64,000 bases of DNA from Bacteroidota bacterium (GTDB lineage: Bacteria; Bacteroidota; Bacteroidia; JABEUT01): assembly GCA_013285805.1 (NCBI GenBank), contig JABDGY010000002.1:6011-70010 (forward strand), in the 5' to 3' direction. The notes beneath the pieces were generated by a model, which was given only the letters and a program-made list of their open reading frames with translations, ran no database searches and was not told the origin of the DNA. Position 1 is the stretch's first letter. Every line of letters begins with the position of its first letter. The translations under genes and the position numbers were made by a program. This document shows positions 9,770 to 20,411 of this stretch, one piece after another.

Positions 9770-10942
9770 TTGACATTTAAGGACTTTAATTTTGAACCCG
9801 AACTTATAGAGGGTTTATATTCAATGGGTTTTAAACAACCCACACCCATTCAGGAACAGGCTATTCCCATAATACTTAATAACCACGACATTATAGCATG
9901 CGCCCAGACAGGTACCGGTAAAACGGCGGCTTACCTGCTTCCTCTCATTAATAAAATAATTCAGCATAAGAGTGAAACGGTGAACACACTTGTTATAGTT
10001 CCCACACGCGAACTTGCCATACAAATAGACGAAGCTATACAGGGCTTTACATACTTTGCTCCCGTAAGCGCGCTTGCTATTTATGGTGGTAACGATGGTG
10101 CATCGTATGAACGTGAAAGAAAAGCCCTTGTTCACGGAGCTAATATTATTATTGCCACACCCGGGAGGCTTATTTCTCATTTAAATATGGGCTACGTAAA
10201 GTTTAACCAGCTGCAACATTTGGTTTTAGATGAAGCGGACCGCATGCTCGACATGGGCTTTAATGACGACATAACCAAGATCCTGAGCTTTTTGCCGAAG
10301 CAGCGCCAAAACCTTCTTTTCTCTGCTACTATGCCGCACAAAATAAGGGCACTGGCAAAAAAAATATTGCATAACCCGGAACAAATTAATATATCGCTTT
10401 CAAAGCCGGCTGAAGGTATTGAACAGGCGGCTTATATAGTCGAAAACCGGGGGAAGATGCACTTACTTAAATCGATTTTACAGGAAAATAAAGCGAAAAG
10501 TATATTGATATTTTCATCTACAAAAGATAAAGTAAAGGATATTGAAAGAGAGCTGCGTCAGGCAGGTTTTAATGTGGCAGCTATACACTCAGACCTGGAA
10601 CAGGACAGACGTAATGAAGTAATGAGGGACTATAAAAGCGGCAAGCTAAACGTATTGGTTGCAACCGATATACTTTCACGAGGGATAGATATTGAGTCTA
10701 TTGGCATTGTAATAAATTACGATGTGCCGAGAGACGCTGAAGATTACATTCACCGTGTAGGAAGAACAGCCAGGGCTGAATCTACAGGTATGGCCATTAC
10801 ATTTATAAATGCTGACGACCAGTATAAGTTCAAAAAGATTGAGAACCTCATTGGCAATGAAATAAAAAAATTACCTGTGCCTGCCGGCCATGAGGTAAAG
10901 AAAACTGCTGATAAGCACCATTTGCATAAACCGCATAATTAA
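9770..10942 (+). CDS. DEAD-box ATP-dependent RNA helicase
   Basis: Q-motif, Walker A AQTGTGKT, PTRELA, DEAD (VLDEADRML), SAT and HRVGRTAR motifs. The start codon is TTG. Confidence 0.9.
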   Translation: MTFKDFNFEPELIEGLYSMGFKQPTPIQEQAIPIILNNHDIIACAQTGTGKTAAYLLPLINKIIQHKSETVNTLVIVPTRELAIQIDEAIQGFTYFAPVSALAIYGGNDGASYERERKALVHGANIIIATPGRLISHLNMGYVKFNQLQHLVLDEADRMLDMGFNDDITKILSFLPKQRQNLLFSATMPHKIRALAKKILHNPEQINISLSKPAEGIEQAAYIVENRGKMHLLKSILQENKAKSILIFSSTKDKVKDIERELRQAGFNVAAIHSDLEQDRRNEVMRDYKSGKLNVLVATDILSRGIDIESIGIVINYDVPRDAEDYIHRVGRTARAESTGMAITFINADDQYKFKKIENLIGNEIKKLPVPAGHEVKKTADKHHLHKPHN

Positions 10943-10955
10943 TCAGCGGAAAGGC

Positions 10956-11330
10956 TTATATTTTATGTACTTCAACCGGAAGCTTAAGGAATCGTTTAAA
11001 GCCTTCACAGTCCTGCATTGAATCATCATCTCCATCCTCGTATTCCCACACAATTTTAATATTGCATCCCTTTTGGAAAAGATTATCAGCCTTCTTCATA
11101 AAGGTAAAGATTCTTTTTGAGGCGCTTGTATTATAATACAACAATCGGAATATCACTGTTACTGGTTGCTGGCCTCCTGGAGAATAGTTATCAATCCAGT
11201 TAAACAAGGGCTCAAAAAAATTTGTAGCATCTTCCTGGATTATGGTTCCTTCTATCTCCATCACTCCTTTGTCTGCATCAAAATCTACTTTAGGTGTAGT
11301 AAGAGTATTTTTTATACTTAGTTTTTCCAT
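10956..11330 (-). CDS. DUF1987 / SiaC-like regulatory phosphoprotein
   Basis: 124 aa with the motifs TPKVDFDADKG, FFEPLFNWIDNY and RLLYYNTSASKRIF, which are characteristic of DUF1987 as in P. aeruginosa SiaC. It lies 17 bp downstream of the PAS-SpoIIE gene. Confidence 0.75.
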   Translation of the reverse strand: MEKLSIKNTLTTPKVDFDADKGVMEIEGTIIQEDATNFFEPLFNWIDNYSPGGQQPVTVIFRLLYYNTSASKRIFTFMKKADNLFQKGCNIKIVWEYEDGDDDSMQDCEGFKRFLKLPVEVHKI

Positions 11331-11347
11331 TGCTGTTTCATTTTATT

Positions 11348-13498
11348 TTAAAACCGGAAGCCCATAATTAACATATCATCTGTTTGAAAAGTGCTGCCTC
11401 TCCATTCGAGGTGCACATTTTCCAAAATATTCTTTTGCTCTGCAAGTGGCTTTTTATGGATATCAAGCAACAATTGCTTGAACTTTCCCTTCATGAATTT
11501 CTTTCCCGTTTTTCCGTTAAGCTGGTCAGCGTACCCATCTGAGAACAAATATACTACATCGCCCTTTTTTATTTCAATGGTACTATCTGTAATAGTATCG
11601 CCCTGTATTTGCGGAATGGCTCCTATACTATACCTGAGAGGTGCCATTTCAACCAGTTGATTATCGCGTATAAAATAGAGGGGATTATACGCTCCTGCAA
11701 ATGAAAGAGTAGCCCGGCCATCTGTTTTATCAAGCGAAGCAATGGCCATATCCATTCCCTCCCTTGAATACAATTCATCGGTTGTAGCAAAGCGTTTTAC
11801 AATGCTCGAATTCATCTCTTTAAGAATATCCTTGGGGTCGTGTATTCCCAATTCATTTATAATATGGTTCAGTAAATCATTGCCTACAATAGTAAGCAGT
11901 GCACCCGGAACACCATGTCCCGTACAATCTACAGCGGCCATAATAATTTTCGACTTATTCTGAATGCTTCCCATCCAGTAAAAATCGCCGCTTACAATAT
12001 CCTTAGGCTTATAATAAATAAATGATTCAGGCACCAGTTCTTTAATGCTTTTATCTGTTGGCAGAATAGATTGCTGTATCCTCTTAGCGTATTGAATACT
12101 GTCTGTAATATCCTTATTCTTTTGCCGTAGTTCTCCTTCAATTTCTTTTAGCGCTGTAATATCAGAATCAATAACAATAATATTCTGTAGCTTGCCTTGC
12201 TCATCAAAAATAGGCGATAATATTGACTGGAACCAGCGCCTTCCTGTCTCCATATTACTGGCCTCCGATTCATAGGAAACCGGTACTTTCTTCTCAACGC
12301 ATTCTTTAACCAGCACCTCAATTTCAGGGTGGGTACTCAATTCAGTAAGCGTGGTACCCCTTTCCTGTTTATATTCATCAATCGACATACCGTACGAATC
12401 AAAAAAAGTATTGTTCACCCACTCCACCTCAAGCTTCGAGTTAAAAATCATAACTGTATTTGTAGATTTACTTACAACCGATGATAGTTTTGCAAGTTCA
12501 CGGTTCAGCCTCTCTTTCTGGCGTGCGTTGCTATACATAAAGGCCGCGAATACAATAACAACCAGCAACCCGCTAGTACCCGACCATAAAATAAGGGCTG
12601 TCTTTTGTTTCTCTTTCTCGACAATTTCGTCTTTTCTTTCTTGTTCAGCTTTTTGCTGCAAATCTCTCTCTTCCTGCTTCTTATTTAAATTAATAATTTT
12701 AACTGAATCCTGTAATTGACTGGTATGCAGCCTTGCTTCAGCCAGTTCTTTTACGGCATTAAGCGATAATATAACCTGGTCCTTCCGTTCCGATTCTTCT
12801 TTCAGCAATCGCTCCTGCTTGGTTTTGTAATTGGTTTCGAGCACTACAAGATTATACCTGGCAGAGGTTTGTGATGAATCAAGGTCAAGTACTTTCTGGT
12901 AACTTTCTTTAGCTAACTGGTAATATGCATCGGCCTTTATATCTTTTTCATTATCAAACATTTCAGCGTAAAGCGAACCCAGTGCGTTGTCAAACTCTAT
13001 CTCGTTTTTTTTCACATTAAAATTAGGATCAGCATGCCTCATAAGTTCTATGTACTTATTATATGCGTCCGCACCAAGCGCAATGCCCGATTCCCCTTGC
13101 TTTAAAAGCCTTACAGCATCGTTATGATACGTTGTGGCAATATACTTCAGGTTTTTCCTGATGTCCTGCAATACATCCGTATCTCCTTCTATTTCCATGG
13201 CTTTTTGAAACGCTTTTGCCGATTTCTCCCGGTATTCCGATTTTACATTTCCCCTTTCATATTTCTTGAACATATCCTTATAAATCAGTCCGTCGTAAAA
13301 CCAGTATTTGGGATCACTTGTGTAGTGTGGGTCAGTAATATGGGCATCGGCAATAGCTGAAGCTGAGTCAATAAAACCCTCATTAAAATACGTAATCATT
13401 TGCTTTATTGCATTTTGCCCCTGTTGCTGGCAAACCGCATTAAGTGAGCAGGTAATTAAAGAGCAAATAAAAAGTAAGACTATATATATTTTCTTCAT
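11348..13498 (-). CDS. sensor protein with signal peptide, TPR-like region, coiled coil, TM helix, PAS domain and SpoIIE/PP2C phosphatase domain
   Basis: TM helix LILWSGTSGLLVVIVFAAFMY, a PAS-like segment (STNTVMIFNSKLEVEWVNNTFFDSYG), and the PP2C motifs DIVSGDFYWMG, AAVDCTGHGVPGALL and DGYADQ. Confidence 0.85.
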   Translation of the reverse strand: MKKIYIVLLFICSLITCSLNAVCQQQGQNAIKQMITYFNEGFIDSASAIADAHITDPHYTSDPKYWFYDGLIYKDMFKKYERGNVKSEYREKSAKAFQKAMEIEGDTDVLQDIRKNLKYIATTYHNDAVRLLKQGESGIALGADAYNKYIELMRHADPNFNVKKNEIEFDNALGSLYAEMFDNEKDIKADAYYQLAKESYQKVLDLDSSQTSARYNLVVLETNYKTKQERLLKEESERKDQVILSLNAVKELAEARLHTSQLQDSVKIINLNKKQEERDLQQKAEQERKDEIVEKEKQKTALILWSGTSGLLVVIVFAAFMYSNARQKERLNRELAKLSSVVSKSTNTVMIFNSKLEVEWVNNTFFDSYGMSIDEYKQERGTTLTELSTHPEIEVLVKECVEKKVPVSYESEASNMETGRRWFQSILSPIFDEQGKLQNIIVIDSDITALKEIEGELRQKNKDITDSIQYAKRIQQSILPTDKSIKELVPESFIYYKPKDIVSGDFYWMGSIQNKSKIIMAAVDCTGHGVPGALLTIVGNDLLNHIINELGIHDPKDILKEMNSSIVKRFATTDELYSREGMDMAIASLDKTDGRATLSFAGAYNPLYFIRDNQLVEMAPLRYSIGAIPQIQGDTITDSTIEIKKGDVVYLFSDGYADQLNGKTGKKFMKGKFKQLLLDIHKKPLAEQKNILENVHLEWRGSTFQTDDMLIMGFRF

Positions 13499-13533
13499 TA
13501 TTGCGGAAGTAAAAGTAGCCCGAAGAATACTGT

Positions 13534-15219
13534 TTATCTGATAAACCTGAACTCTGTTCTCCGGTTAACCTTATTGTCATCTTCACTGCATTTTACACCA
13601 TGCCTGCATTTATTCAAAAGTTTTGTGTCTCCATACCCATAACCGCTCACTCTTCTTGCATCTATCCCGTTAGCAATAATAAAATCAACTACTACTTTAG
13701 CCCTGTCCTGTGATAACTTCATATTATCTGCCGGATCGCCCACTGCATCCGTATGTGATGAGATTCTTAACTTAAGGTTCGGGTATTTGTCGAGTGCTGC
13801 AATAACCTGGTAAACCACCGTTTGTGCGTCATCAGAAAGATTGGAGGAACCTGTTTCATATGTAATATGAGTGGTTATAGTTGTAGCCGTGTCAGATGAT
13901 TTGATGAAATACTGCAGGTTAAAGTAATTATCCTCCTCATCAATAGAATCAATATTTGACAGCTCGTAGGCAAACTGCCCGTTAGAATTTTTTGAAAGGT
14001 TCTGTACAATTTTACCATTTGATTTGGCAATAGCTATTGTTGCATTAGCTGGCAGTTTATCGTTTTTCGCAAGTACAACCTGGTATTTACTGTCGGGGTG
14101 AACTTTCTCGAAAGCGAAGGCTCCGGTATTATCGGTTGTTGTTGTCTGTATTACTTTCTTTGCACTTACCAGTGAAACGCCTTGTTGTGCTAGGGGTAAT
14201 TTTTGCTTACCATCCTGGTCCCCATATAACAGTTTCGCATGATAGTTCACATTTGTCCTTAAACTGAGACACCACATATCACTTCCATCCGACCCCAGCA
14301 AACCGCTCTTGGTTTTTCCGCCCCCCATGTAGGCTGCATTATCAATAACAAAACAGAATGCGTCATTCCTTGCACTAGGCAGCGTATCGTCTGTTTGCTT
14401 CCAGCTTTTGCCGGCAGGGTCATATTCCCAGCAGTCGTGATAACGGACTTTAGAACCATTATATCCCGAAAAAACGTATCCTTTATTATTGATTGAAAAT
14501 ACTGTGGCACCAAGCCTGTCAGGGCCCGGAAAATCTTCTGCTTTCGTCCAGATGTTGCTTACCGCGTTATAGGTATAAATATTCCTTTTACCAGCGGTTA
14601 CCTCTAATTTTTCATCTCCGAACATAACGTAGGCCAGGTTATTTACAATAAACACAGAGGGGCTTATCCTGCCTATTTCAGGAAAATCAGCCTTTTTGTG
14701 CCATTCATCCATCTTCGGGTCATATTCCCACAAATCATTGTATGATTTTCCTTTGCCAGGTACATTTCCCAACCCTATATATCCTTTACTTCCTATTGAA
14801 AAAGCCAACGCTCCATATCTCGGTTCGCCCGGAAAATCGGCCCTTTTTGTCCACTTGCCTGTAGCGGGGTCATATTCCCATAAATCATTACCACCGGCTT
14901 CTGCCTGTCCCGTTCCTTCAAGGCCTGTGCCTATGTAAGCTTTATCGCCAACAGTAAAACAGGCGGCAAGGCTGCGTGTAACACCCGGAAAATCGGGCAT
15001 TTTTTTCCACATATCAGTTTTAGGGTCATATTGCCAGAAATCATTATCAAGAAGCAAATAGCCCTTACCGGCAACAACAAAGGTTGCTTCTCCTTTTATT
15101 TTACCTCCCGGAAAAGCGGCTTTGTTTTCCCAAACCAACTCTTTATTCTGGGCTGATAAGCTTAGTGTGAAGAGTGAATAAAATGCAAGAAAAAGTAAAT
15201 ACCTGAAAAAACGCCTCAT
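13534..15219 (-). CDS. Kelch-repeat beta-propeller protein with a CarbopepD-regulatory-like domain and a C-terminal OmpA-family peptidoglycan-binding domain
   Basis: Repeated WxKxADFPG kelch-like blades, and a C-terminal OmpA_C motif NLKLRISSHTDAVGDPADNMKLSQDRAKVV...RRTEFRFIR. Confidence 0.75.
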   Translation of the reverse strand: MRRFFRYLLFLAFYSLFTLSLSAQNKELVWENKAAFPGGKIKGEATFVVAGKGYLLLDNDFWQYDPKTDMWKKMPDFPGVTRSLAACFTVGDKAYIGTGLEGTGQAEAGGNDLWEYDPATGKWTKRADFPGEPRYGALAFSIGSKGYIGLGNVPGKGKSYNDLWEYDPKMDEWHKKADFPEIGRISPSVFIVNNLAYVMFGDEKLEVTAGKRNIYTYNAVSNIWTKAEDFPGPDRLGATVFSINNKGYVFSGYNGSKVRYHDCWEYDPAGKSWKQTDDTLPSARNDAFCFVIDNAAYMGGGKTKSGLLGSDGSDMWCLSLRTNVNYHAKLLYGDQDGKQKLPLAQQGVSLVSAKKVIQTTTTDNTGAFAFEKVHPDSKYQVVLAKNDKLPANATIAIAKSNGKIVQNLSKNSNGQFAYELSNIDSIDEEDNYFNLQYFIKSSDTATTITTHITYETGSSNLSDDAQTVVYQVIAALDKYPNLKLRISSHTDAVGDPADNMKLSQDRAKVVVDFIIANGIDARRVSGYGYGDTKLLNKCRHGVKCSEDDNKVNRRTEFRFIR

Positions 15220-15334
15220 CTATCTTACTTTATAAGTTAAATACTATAGCACCTATCAAAGATAATAAATAAGGGAAATATTACACTATACTTTTAAAAA
15301 ATTTTGACCCGCGGGATAAATAATGGCTATCCTG

Positions 15335-15943
15335 TTATATTTTGCTCCAATCTTCCACAGTAATTACCTCGGCCTGGCGAGGGAAAACCTTGGTAGTCAG
15401 CACACGGTGCACTTCTTCGTCTGCATCAGCGCATGCATCAGCCAGAACGGTGAGTTTATAATCTTTATCAGCTGCTTCGCGCAGGGTCGATAACACTACA
15501 CCGCTTGTGGCTATGCCCGTTAATACCATATGGTGTATTCCCATAGCACGAAGCACCACTTCAAGGTCACTGCCTGCAAAAGCACTTACACGACGCTTGG
15601 TAACAATAACTTCTCCCGGCACTGGAGCAACAGAAGCATCAACTTTTGACCATTCTTCCATATTCACGCCGGCCATTCGTTCTCGGATTGATGAAAAACT
15701 TTTATTATTAGGGCTGACTTCAGGCATACCCGCTCTAAAACCCACTACCACATATATAACAGGTATTTTATTTGAACGGGCATGGCTTATAGCCTTTTGT
15801 ACATTATCGGCAAAGTTACCTGCGGGCACCATTTTAAGAATAGTTGTTTGCATGTCCATTACAAGTAGTGCTGTGTTTGCTTTGTTTGTTTCCATTGTGT
15901 TGTTTTTTATATTAATGATGTTATTAAATTCTTCTTCCTGCAA
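15335..15943 (-). CDS. isochorismatase-family cysteine hydrolase
   Basis: ALLVMDMQ...IPVIYVVVGF...VLTGIATSGVVLST pattern. It overlaps the MFS gene by 20 bp. Confidence 0.7.
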   Translation of the reverse strand: MQEEEFNNIINIKNNTMETNKANTALLVMDMQTTILKMVPAGNFADNVQKAISHARSNKIPVIYVVVGFRAGMPEVSPNNKSFSSIRERMAGVNMEEWSKVDASVAPVPGEVIVTKRRVSAFAGSDLEVVLRAMGIHHMVLTGIATSGVVLSTLREAADKDYKLTVLADACADADEEVHRVLTTKVFPRQAEVITVEDWSKI

Positions 15944-17201
15944 TGTCTTCCGCTTCCGGGAATTCCTTCATTTCTTTCACGTTAAGCCTGTCTTTCCTTA
16001 GAAAGCCCGAGAAAGCAAATGAAATAATAATTGCTGCTATACCCTGGCAAAGTATAGCATCAGGGGCACCGATTTTTTCTGATACGGCGCCCAAAAGCAA
16101 ACTACCCAGTGGCATCATACCAAAAAAGGCCAGGGCCACATAACCCATAACCCTGCCCCGCATTAGCTTATCCATATGTACTTGTACAATAGTAATACAA
16201 ATGGTGGTTTGCGACATGGTACCAAAGCCTGAAACCACAGCAAAAACCATTGCACCCCAGAAGTTACTTATATGCGAAAAACAAATAAGACCGATACCGA
16301 GTATTATTGAATTAACCATGAGAATAAATTTCAAATCAGCGCCTTTTTTCAACGATGCGAGAAAAAGTGCGCCACCCATTGCCCCTACTCCTATAAAACT
16401 GCGGACATAACCAAATGTAGCCGCATCGCCTTTATAAATTTCTTTTGCAAAAGCAGGCAGGAGAGTATCGTATGGTAAAACAAAAAAGCTCATCATGGCA
16501 AGTATCAAAAGCGTCATGGCTATTATGGGAGTGTTTTTAATATATATAAAGCCCTCCGTCAGTTCTGCTGCTAATTTTTTTTTCTCCGGGCGGGGAACAT
16601 ATTTCGGCAATTTCATTAGTAATAGGGATGTAAGTACTGCAATAAAACTTAAAGCATTTAAAAGAAAACATATACCGGCTCCGAATCCTTGTAAAGCAAT
16701 CCCCGACAGCGATGGGCCGATTATCCGTGCAAGATTTACCATAGAAGAATTAAACGCCACCGCATTGGGCAAATCATCTTTATTATTTACCAGTTCATGT
16801 ACCAATGGTTGCCTGGCCGGAACATCAAAAGCATTAATAACACCCAGCATAACACTTAATGCAAGAATTGTGCTAACATCATAATGCTTGGTAAGAACAA
16901 GTACTGCCAGCAAAACAGCCTGTATCATTGAGGCTGTCTGTGTTATAAGAAGAATTTTATACCTGTTGTACCTATCGGCAACTATACCACCATATAAAGA
17001 AAGTAGCGATGAAGGAATTTGTTGAGCAAAAGCGGTAACGCCAAGCATAAGCAACGACCCTGTCATGGTATATATTACCCAGCTTATAGCAGTGCGTTGC
17101 ATCCATGTACCAATTAATGAAATTGATTGCCCGCTAAAGTATAGGCTGTAATTGCGGTTTTTGAAAGCCCTGAATGTGCTTATTTTTACACCCGTTGCCA
17201 T
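15924..17201 (-). CDS. MFS transporter
   Basis: 425 aa with about 12 TM helices and an MFS loop motif (GGIVADRYNRYK). Confidence 0.8.
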   Translation of the reverse strand: MATGVKISTFRAFKNRNYSLYFSGQSISLIGTWMQRTAISWVIYTMTGSLLMLGVTAFAQQIPSSLLSLYGGIVADRYNRYKILLITQTASMIQAVLLAVLVLTKHYDVSTILALSVMLGVINAFDVPARQPLVHELVNNKDDLPNAVAFNSSMVNLARIIGPSLSGIALQGFGAGICFLLNALSFIAVLTSLLLMKLPKYVPRPEKKKLAAELTEGFIYIKNTPIIAMTLLILAMMSFFVLPYDTLLPAFAKEIYKGDAATFGYVRSFIGVGAMGGALFLASLKKGADLKFILMVNSIILGIGLICFSHISNFWGAMVFAVVSGFGTMSQTTICITIVQVHMDKLMRGRVMGYVALAFFGMMPLGSLLLGAVSEKIGAPDAILCQGIAAIIISFAFSGFLRKDRLNVKEMKEFPEAEDIAGRRI

Positions 17202-17240
17202 GTTATAATGTTTCCGTATTTTTCATCCCTCTTCCCATTA

Positions 17241-17669
17241 TTATTTGGCGTATACCAACTTATTCATCACCGGCAAAACCTTTTCCAGAAGCTCCATTTC
17301 CTTGTCTGTAAGTGATTTCTCAATAGCCCCCTTCAACCATTCATCTTTATCATATTTAACTTTCTCCACCATTTTCTTTCCAAACGGGGTAAGCGATATG
17401 TATACCTTGCGTTTATCATCTTTAGAAGGTATCCTTTTTATAATCCCCTGTTCTTCCATTTTTTTTAATATCTGCGACATGGACTGGGTTTTAACCCTTG
17501 TTAAGGCAGCTAGTTCAGTAGGCAATAAAGTGGGCGACCTAAACAAATGCCCTATGGTTTCCACTTCTGTCATAGAGTATTCCTTAACTGAATCAGCCTG
17601 TTTACGCAGGCTTTTGTGCAGTGTGGAGATAACTGTACGTAATGAAGAAGATAATTCGGTTGTATTCAT
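17241..17669 (-). CDS. MarR family transcriptional regulator
   Basis: wHTH motif LPTELAALTRVKTQSMSQILKKMEEQGIIKR. It is the first gene of a MarR-MFS-hydrolase operon. Confidence 0.8.
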   Translation of the reverse strand: MNTTELSSSLRTVISTLHKSLRKQADSVKEYSMTEVETIGHLFRSPTLLPTELAALTRVKTQSMSQILKKMEEQGIIKRIPSKDDKRKVYISLTPFGKKMVEKVKYDKDEWLKGAIEKSLTDKEMELLEKVLPVMNKLVYAK

Positions 17670-17835
17670 GTATGTAATGTAACTTGGTATTTTAACTTGT
17701 TAGTTTACCTTACAAATATATACATTATTTCAATACGGGCTAACGGTTAAATAAAACAAATGGGTTTTATATCCAAATGACACTTCTTAACAGAAAATTT
17801 AGTTACTTTAAATCCTCGTATTCAACCATATACTC

Positions 17836-19293
17836 ATGCCCTACTTCTATACATACATAAAAAAAGTACACTTTCTAATTCTATTTGCCTGGCCATTCCC
17901 CCTGCTTTTAAAGGCCCAAACCGATAAAAAAACCTATAAGCTCACTAAAATAATTACAGGCAAGTTGTCGCCCAAATCAATTAACAATAACGGGAAGAAT
18001 ATGTTCTTTGCCCAGAACATGATGTATAATCACACCGTTACTGTTTATGATAGCACATTTAATCTTGTAGCCACTATTAATGACAAAGTTAAACCGGCAG
18101 ATTTCGGATTTGAAAAAATTAAAGGGACATTAACAGGCGCACCGGTAGAAAGTGCTGCGACAAAAGACGGCAAATACGTATGGGTGAGTAATTATAATAT
18201 GGAGGGCGATGGGTATAGCAATCCGGGGTGCGATACATGCAATGGTAAGGGATACGACCAAAGTTTTGTATATAAAATAAACACACAAGGCCTTAAAATA
18301 GAGAGCATTGTCAAGGTAGGCAGCGTCCCTAAATTTTTAGCTATAACACCCGACCAGAAAAAGCTGATTGTAAGCAATTGGAGCAGCGGAGATGTAAGTA
18401 TAATTGACCTTGTAACGGAGAAAGAACTTAAACGGATTAATGTAGGCCCTGCACCTAGAGGTATTGCCTGCGATACCGGAAGCACTTTTGCTTACGTGGC
18501 AATAATGGGCGCATGGAAAATTGTTAAAATCAACCTAACTACTTACGAAACTGAAACATTTGTTTCGGGTATAAGGAACCCCAGGCACTTGTGTATTGAT
18601 AAAGATTACCTGTATGCAAGCCTGAATGGGGAACAGGCAGTTTGCCGTATTAACCTGCTTACTGCCAGAATAGAAAAACTAACTGTAGGAAAAGCGCCAC
18701 GTAGTATGGTTATTTCACCAGTGTACCATAAACTGTTTGTGGATTGCTACGAGGACAGCAAGATTGCCGTAGTTGACCTTACCACATTTAAACCTGAAAC
18801 AGATATTAAATGCGGTAAATATCCTATCGGTGTTTGTTTAAGCAACGACAACAAGCAAGTACTTGTATCATGCTACACGGGTTACATAGAAGTTTTTTCT
18901 GAAGAAAAAGCAAACATAAATAAAGTAGTGCCGGTAGCAGTTACTGCGAAAAAAGAGAACAATACCAATTCGTCGCCTGTATTGCCGGGAAAAAAGAACC
19001 TTCTTCAAAGTATCTTACCTGTTGCAATAACCTTGGCAGCAATTCAAAAACCCCTTGACCAAAAAAATCAGGGTAATTGCTACATTGTTCTGGGGTGCTT
19101 TTCAGTGAAGGAAAATGCTTTGAACCTGAAAGATAAGTTATTAAAAAAGGGAGTTGCAGTAGAGTTGATTGACACGAAAAAAGGAATCACTTATTGCGCA
19201 TATAGAACCAGTAAGGATAATGACAGGTACGAAAAACAAATGGTCGAACTTGAAGCCATTACAGGGATAAAGGGCTGGCTGTATGAAATTTAA
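17836..19293 (+). CDS. YVTN-type beta-propeller protein with a C-terminal SPOR-like domain
   Basis: Repeated blades (KLIVSNWSSGDVSIIDL.., FAYVAIMGAWKIVKINL..), and a C-terminal module YIVLGCFSVKENALNLKDKLLKKGVAVELI that resembles SPOR. Confidence 0.6.
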   Translation: MPYFYTYIKKVHFLILFAWPFPLLLKAQTDKKTYKLTKIITGKLSPKSINNNGKNMFFAQNMMYNHTVTVYDSTFNLVATINDKVKPADFGFEKIKGTLTGAPVESAATKDGKYVWVSNYNMEGDGYSNPGCDTCNGKGYDQSFVYKINTQGLKIESIVKVGSVPKFLAITPDQKKLIVSNWSSGDVSIIDLVTEKELKRINVGPAPRGIACDTGSTFAYVAIMGAWKIVKINLTTYETETFVSGIRNPRHLCIDKDYLYASLNGEQAVCRINLLTARIEKLTVGKAPRSMVISPVYHKLFVDCYEDSKIAVVDLTTFKPETDIKCGKYPIGVCLSNDNKQVLVSCYTGYIEVFSEEKANINKVVPVAVTAKKENNTNSSPVLPGKKNLLQSILPVAITLAAIQKPLDQKNQGNCYIVLGCFSVKENALNLKDKLLKKGVAVELIDTKKGITYCAYRTSKDNDRYEKQMVELEAITGIKGWLYEI

Positions 19294-19302
19294 CAACTTA
19301 GT

Positions 19303-20403
19303 TTAAAACATAGAATGTGAGTCTCCATTACCCACTTTCGTCTGAGGAGTGTAACGTAACGATATTTCCCATGCACCCTGGCCAGTAGTGGCCGATATAT
19401 ATTGCGAAGTATTTATATCATAACTAAAACCTATGGAGTATGAAGGGAATTCCATTTGGAGTAACGCGATAAATGCATCGCCTGCACGGTAGTATATACC
19501 AAAGTCTGCTACACGGCTTTTCGAAAAATCGGTATAATGGCTCGATTGTAAACCTAATGCATATCTTAACTTTATTCCCAGGTCAATCTCCTGGGCGGGT
19601 CCCTGCCTATAAAAGACAGCTAAAGGCGCCAATGCCATATTTGAACCGGACATCTTAAACTCCGCACCGGCATGGAACACATAACGAATATATAAATTGG
19701 TGCCAGGGCCATTGGTGCCATAGAAAGACATGTCGGGCTGATTAATATGAAAGAAAGCCACACCTACATTATATTTTACATATTGGCTGGATGCAATATT
19801 TACCGCTGATGAAGAATAATTATACAAAAGGCCTCCAGAAAAATCGGAATACGATAGTGTATGGCCTGCTAATGGCTCGCCCGTTGCAGCATTTGGGTCA
19901 TACTGCCCATTGATGTACTGCTCATCCCATGGTACATTCTGAAGGTTCATACTGTTCTGCGACCAACCTCCCTGAAGCCCTGCTGTTATGGTATTCTTTG
20001 GGTCTAAATATACTCCCCCGGCAAGACTGAAATTCACTTCGGTAGTGGTTAATTGTATGGTTCCCGCTTTGTCACTGAAAAACGAAATACCTGGCGACAG
20101 GAAGCCGCCTTTCCAGCCCTGCAATACATTCTTATATTCAGCCGATGCCGCCATGGTACTGAATTCATAACCACTGCCTAATGAAGCTGCCCACTGGTTA
20201 CGATAATTTATTTCTGCGCGGAAATCTCCATTGAAAGCGCCACAAAGAGCAGGGTTCAATGTAAGTGATGATTCATAAAACTGCGTAAAATGAATATCCT
20301 GAGCCCTGATGTTAAATGGGGAACAGATCAATAAGACAATAACTATCCGCAACAAATGCTTTGCGGCCGGTAGTTTCTTATATGTCTTTTCTTTCCTGCT
20401 CAT
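19303..20403 (-). CDS. PorP/SprF family type IX secretion system membrane protein
   Basis: N-terminus AQDIHFTQFYESSLTLNPALCGAFNGDFRAEINYRNQW is the PorP/SprF hallmark. It lies 9 bp downstream of a type-B CTD gene. Confidence 0.9.
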   Translation of the reverse strand: MSRKEKTYKKLPAAKHLLRIVIVLLICSPFNIRAQDIHFTQFYESSLTLNPALCGAFNGDFRAEINYRNQWAASLGSGYEFSTMAASAEYKNVLQGWKGGFLSPGISFFSDKAGTIQLTTTEVNFSLAGGVYLDPKNTITAGLQGGWSQNSMNLQNVPWDEQYINGQYDPNAATGEPLAGHTLSYSDFSGGLLYNYSSSAVNIASSQYVKYNVGVAFFHINQPDMSFYGTNGPGTNLYIRYVFHAGAEFKMSGSNMALAPLAVFYRQGPAQEIDLGIKLRYALGLQSSHYTDFSKSRVADFGIYYRAGDAFIALLQMEFPSYSIGFSYDINTSQYISATTGQGAWEISLRYTPQTKVGNGDSHSMF

Positions 20404-20411
20404 CTTTGTTT

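Noticed and set aside
15507-16001. 164-aa plus-strand ORF
   Set aside because: It lies entirely antisense to the well-supported isochorismatase-family and MFS genes.
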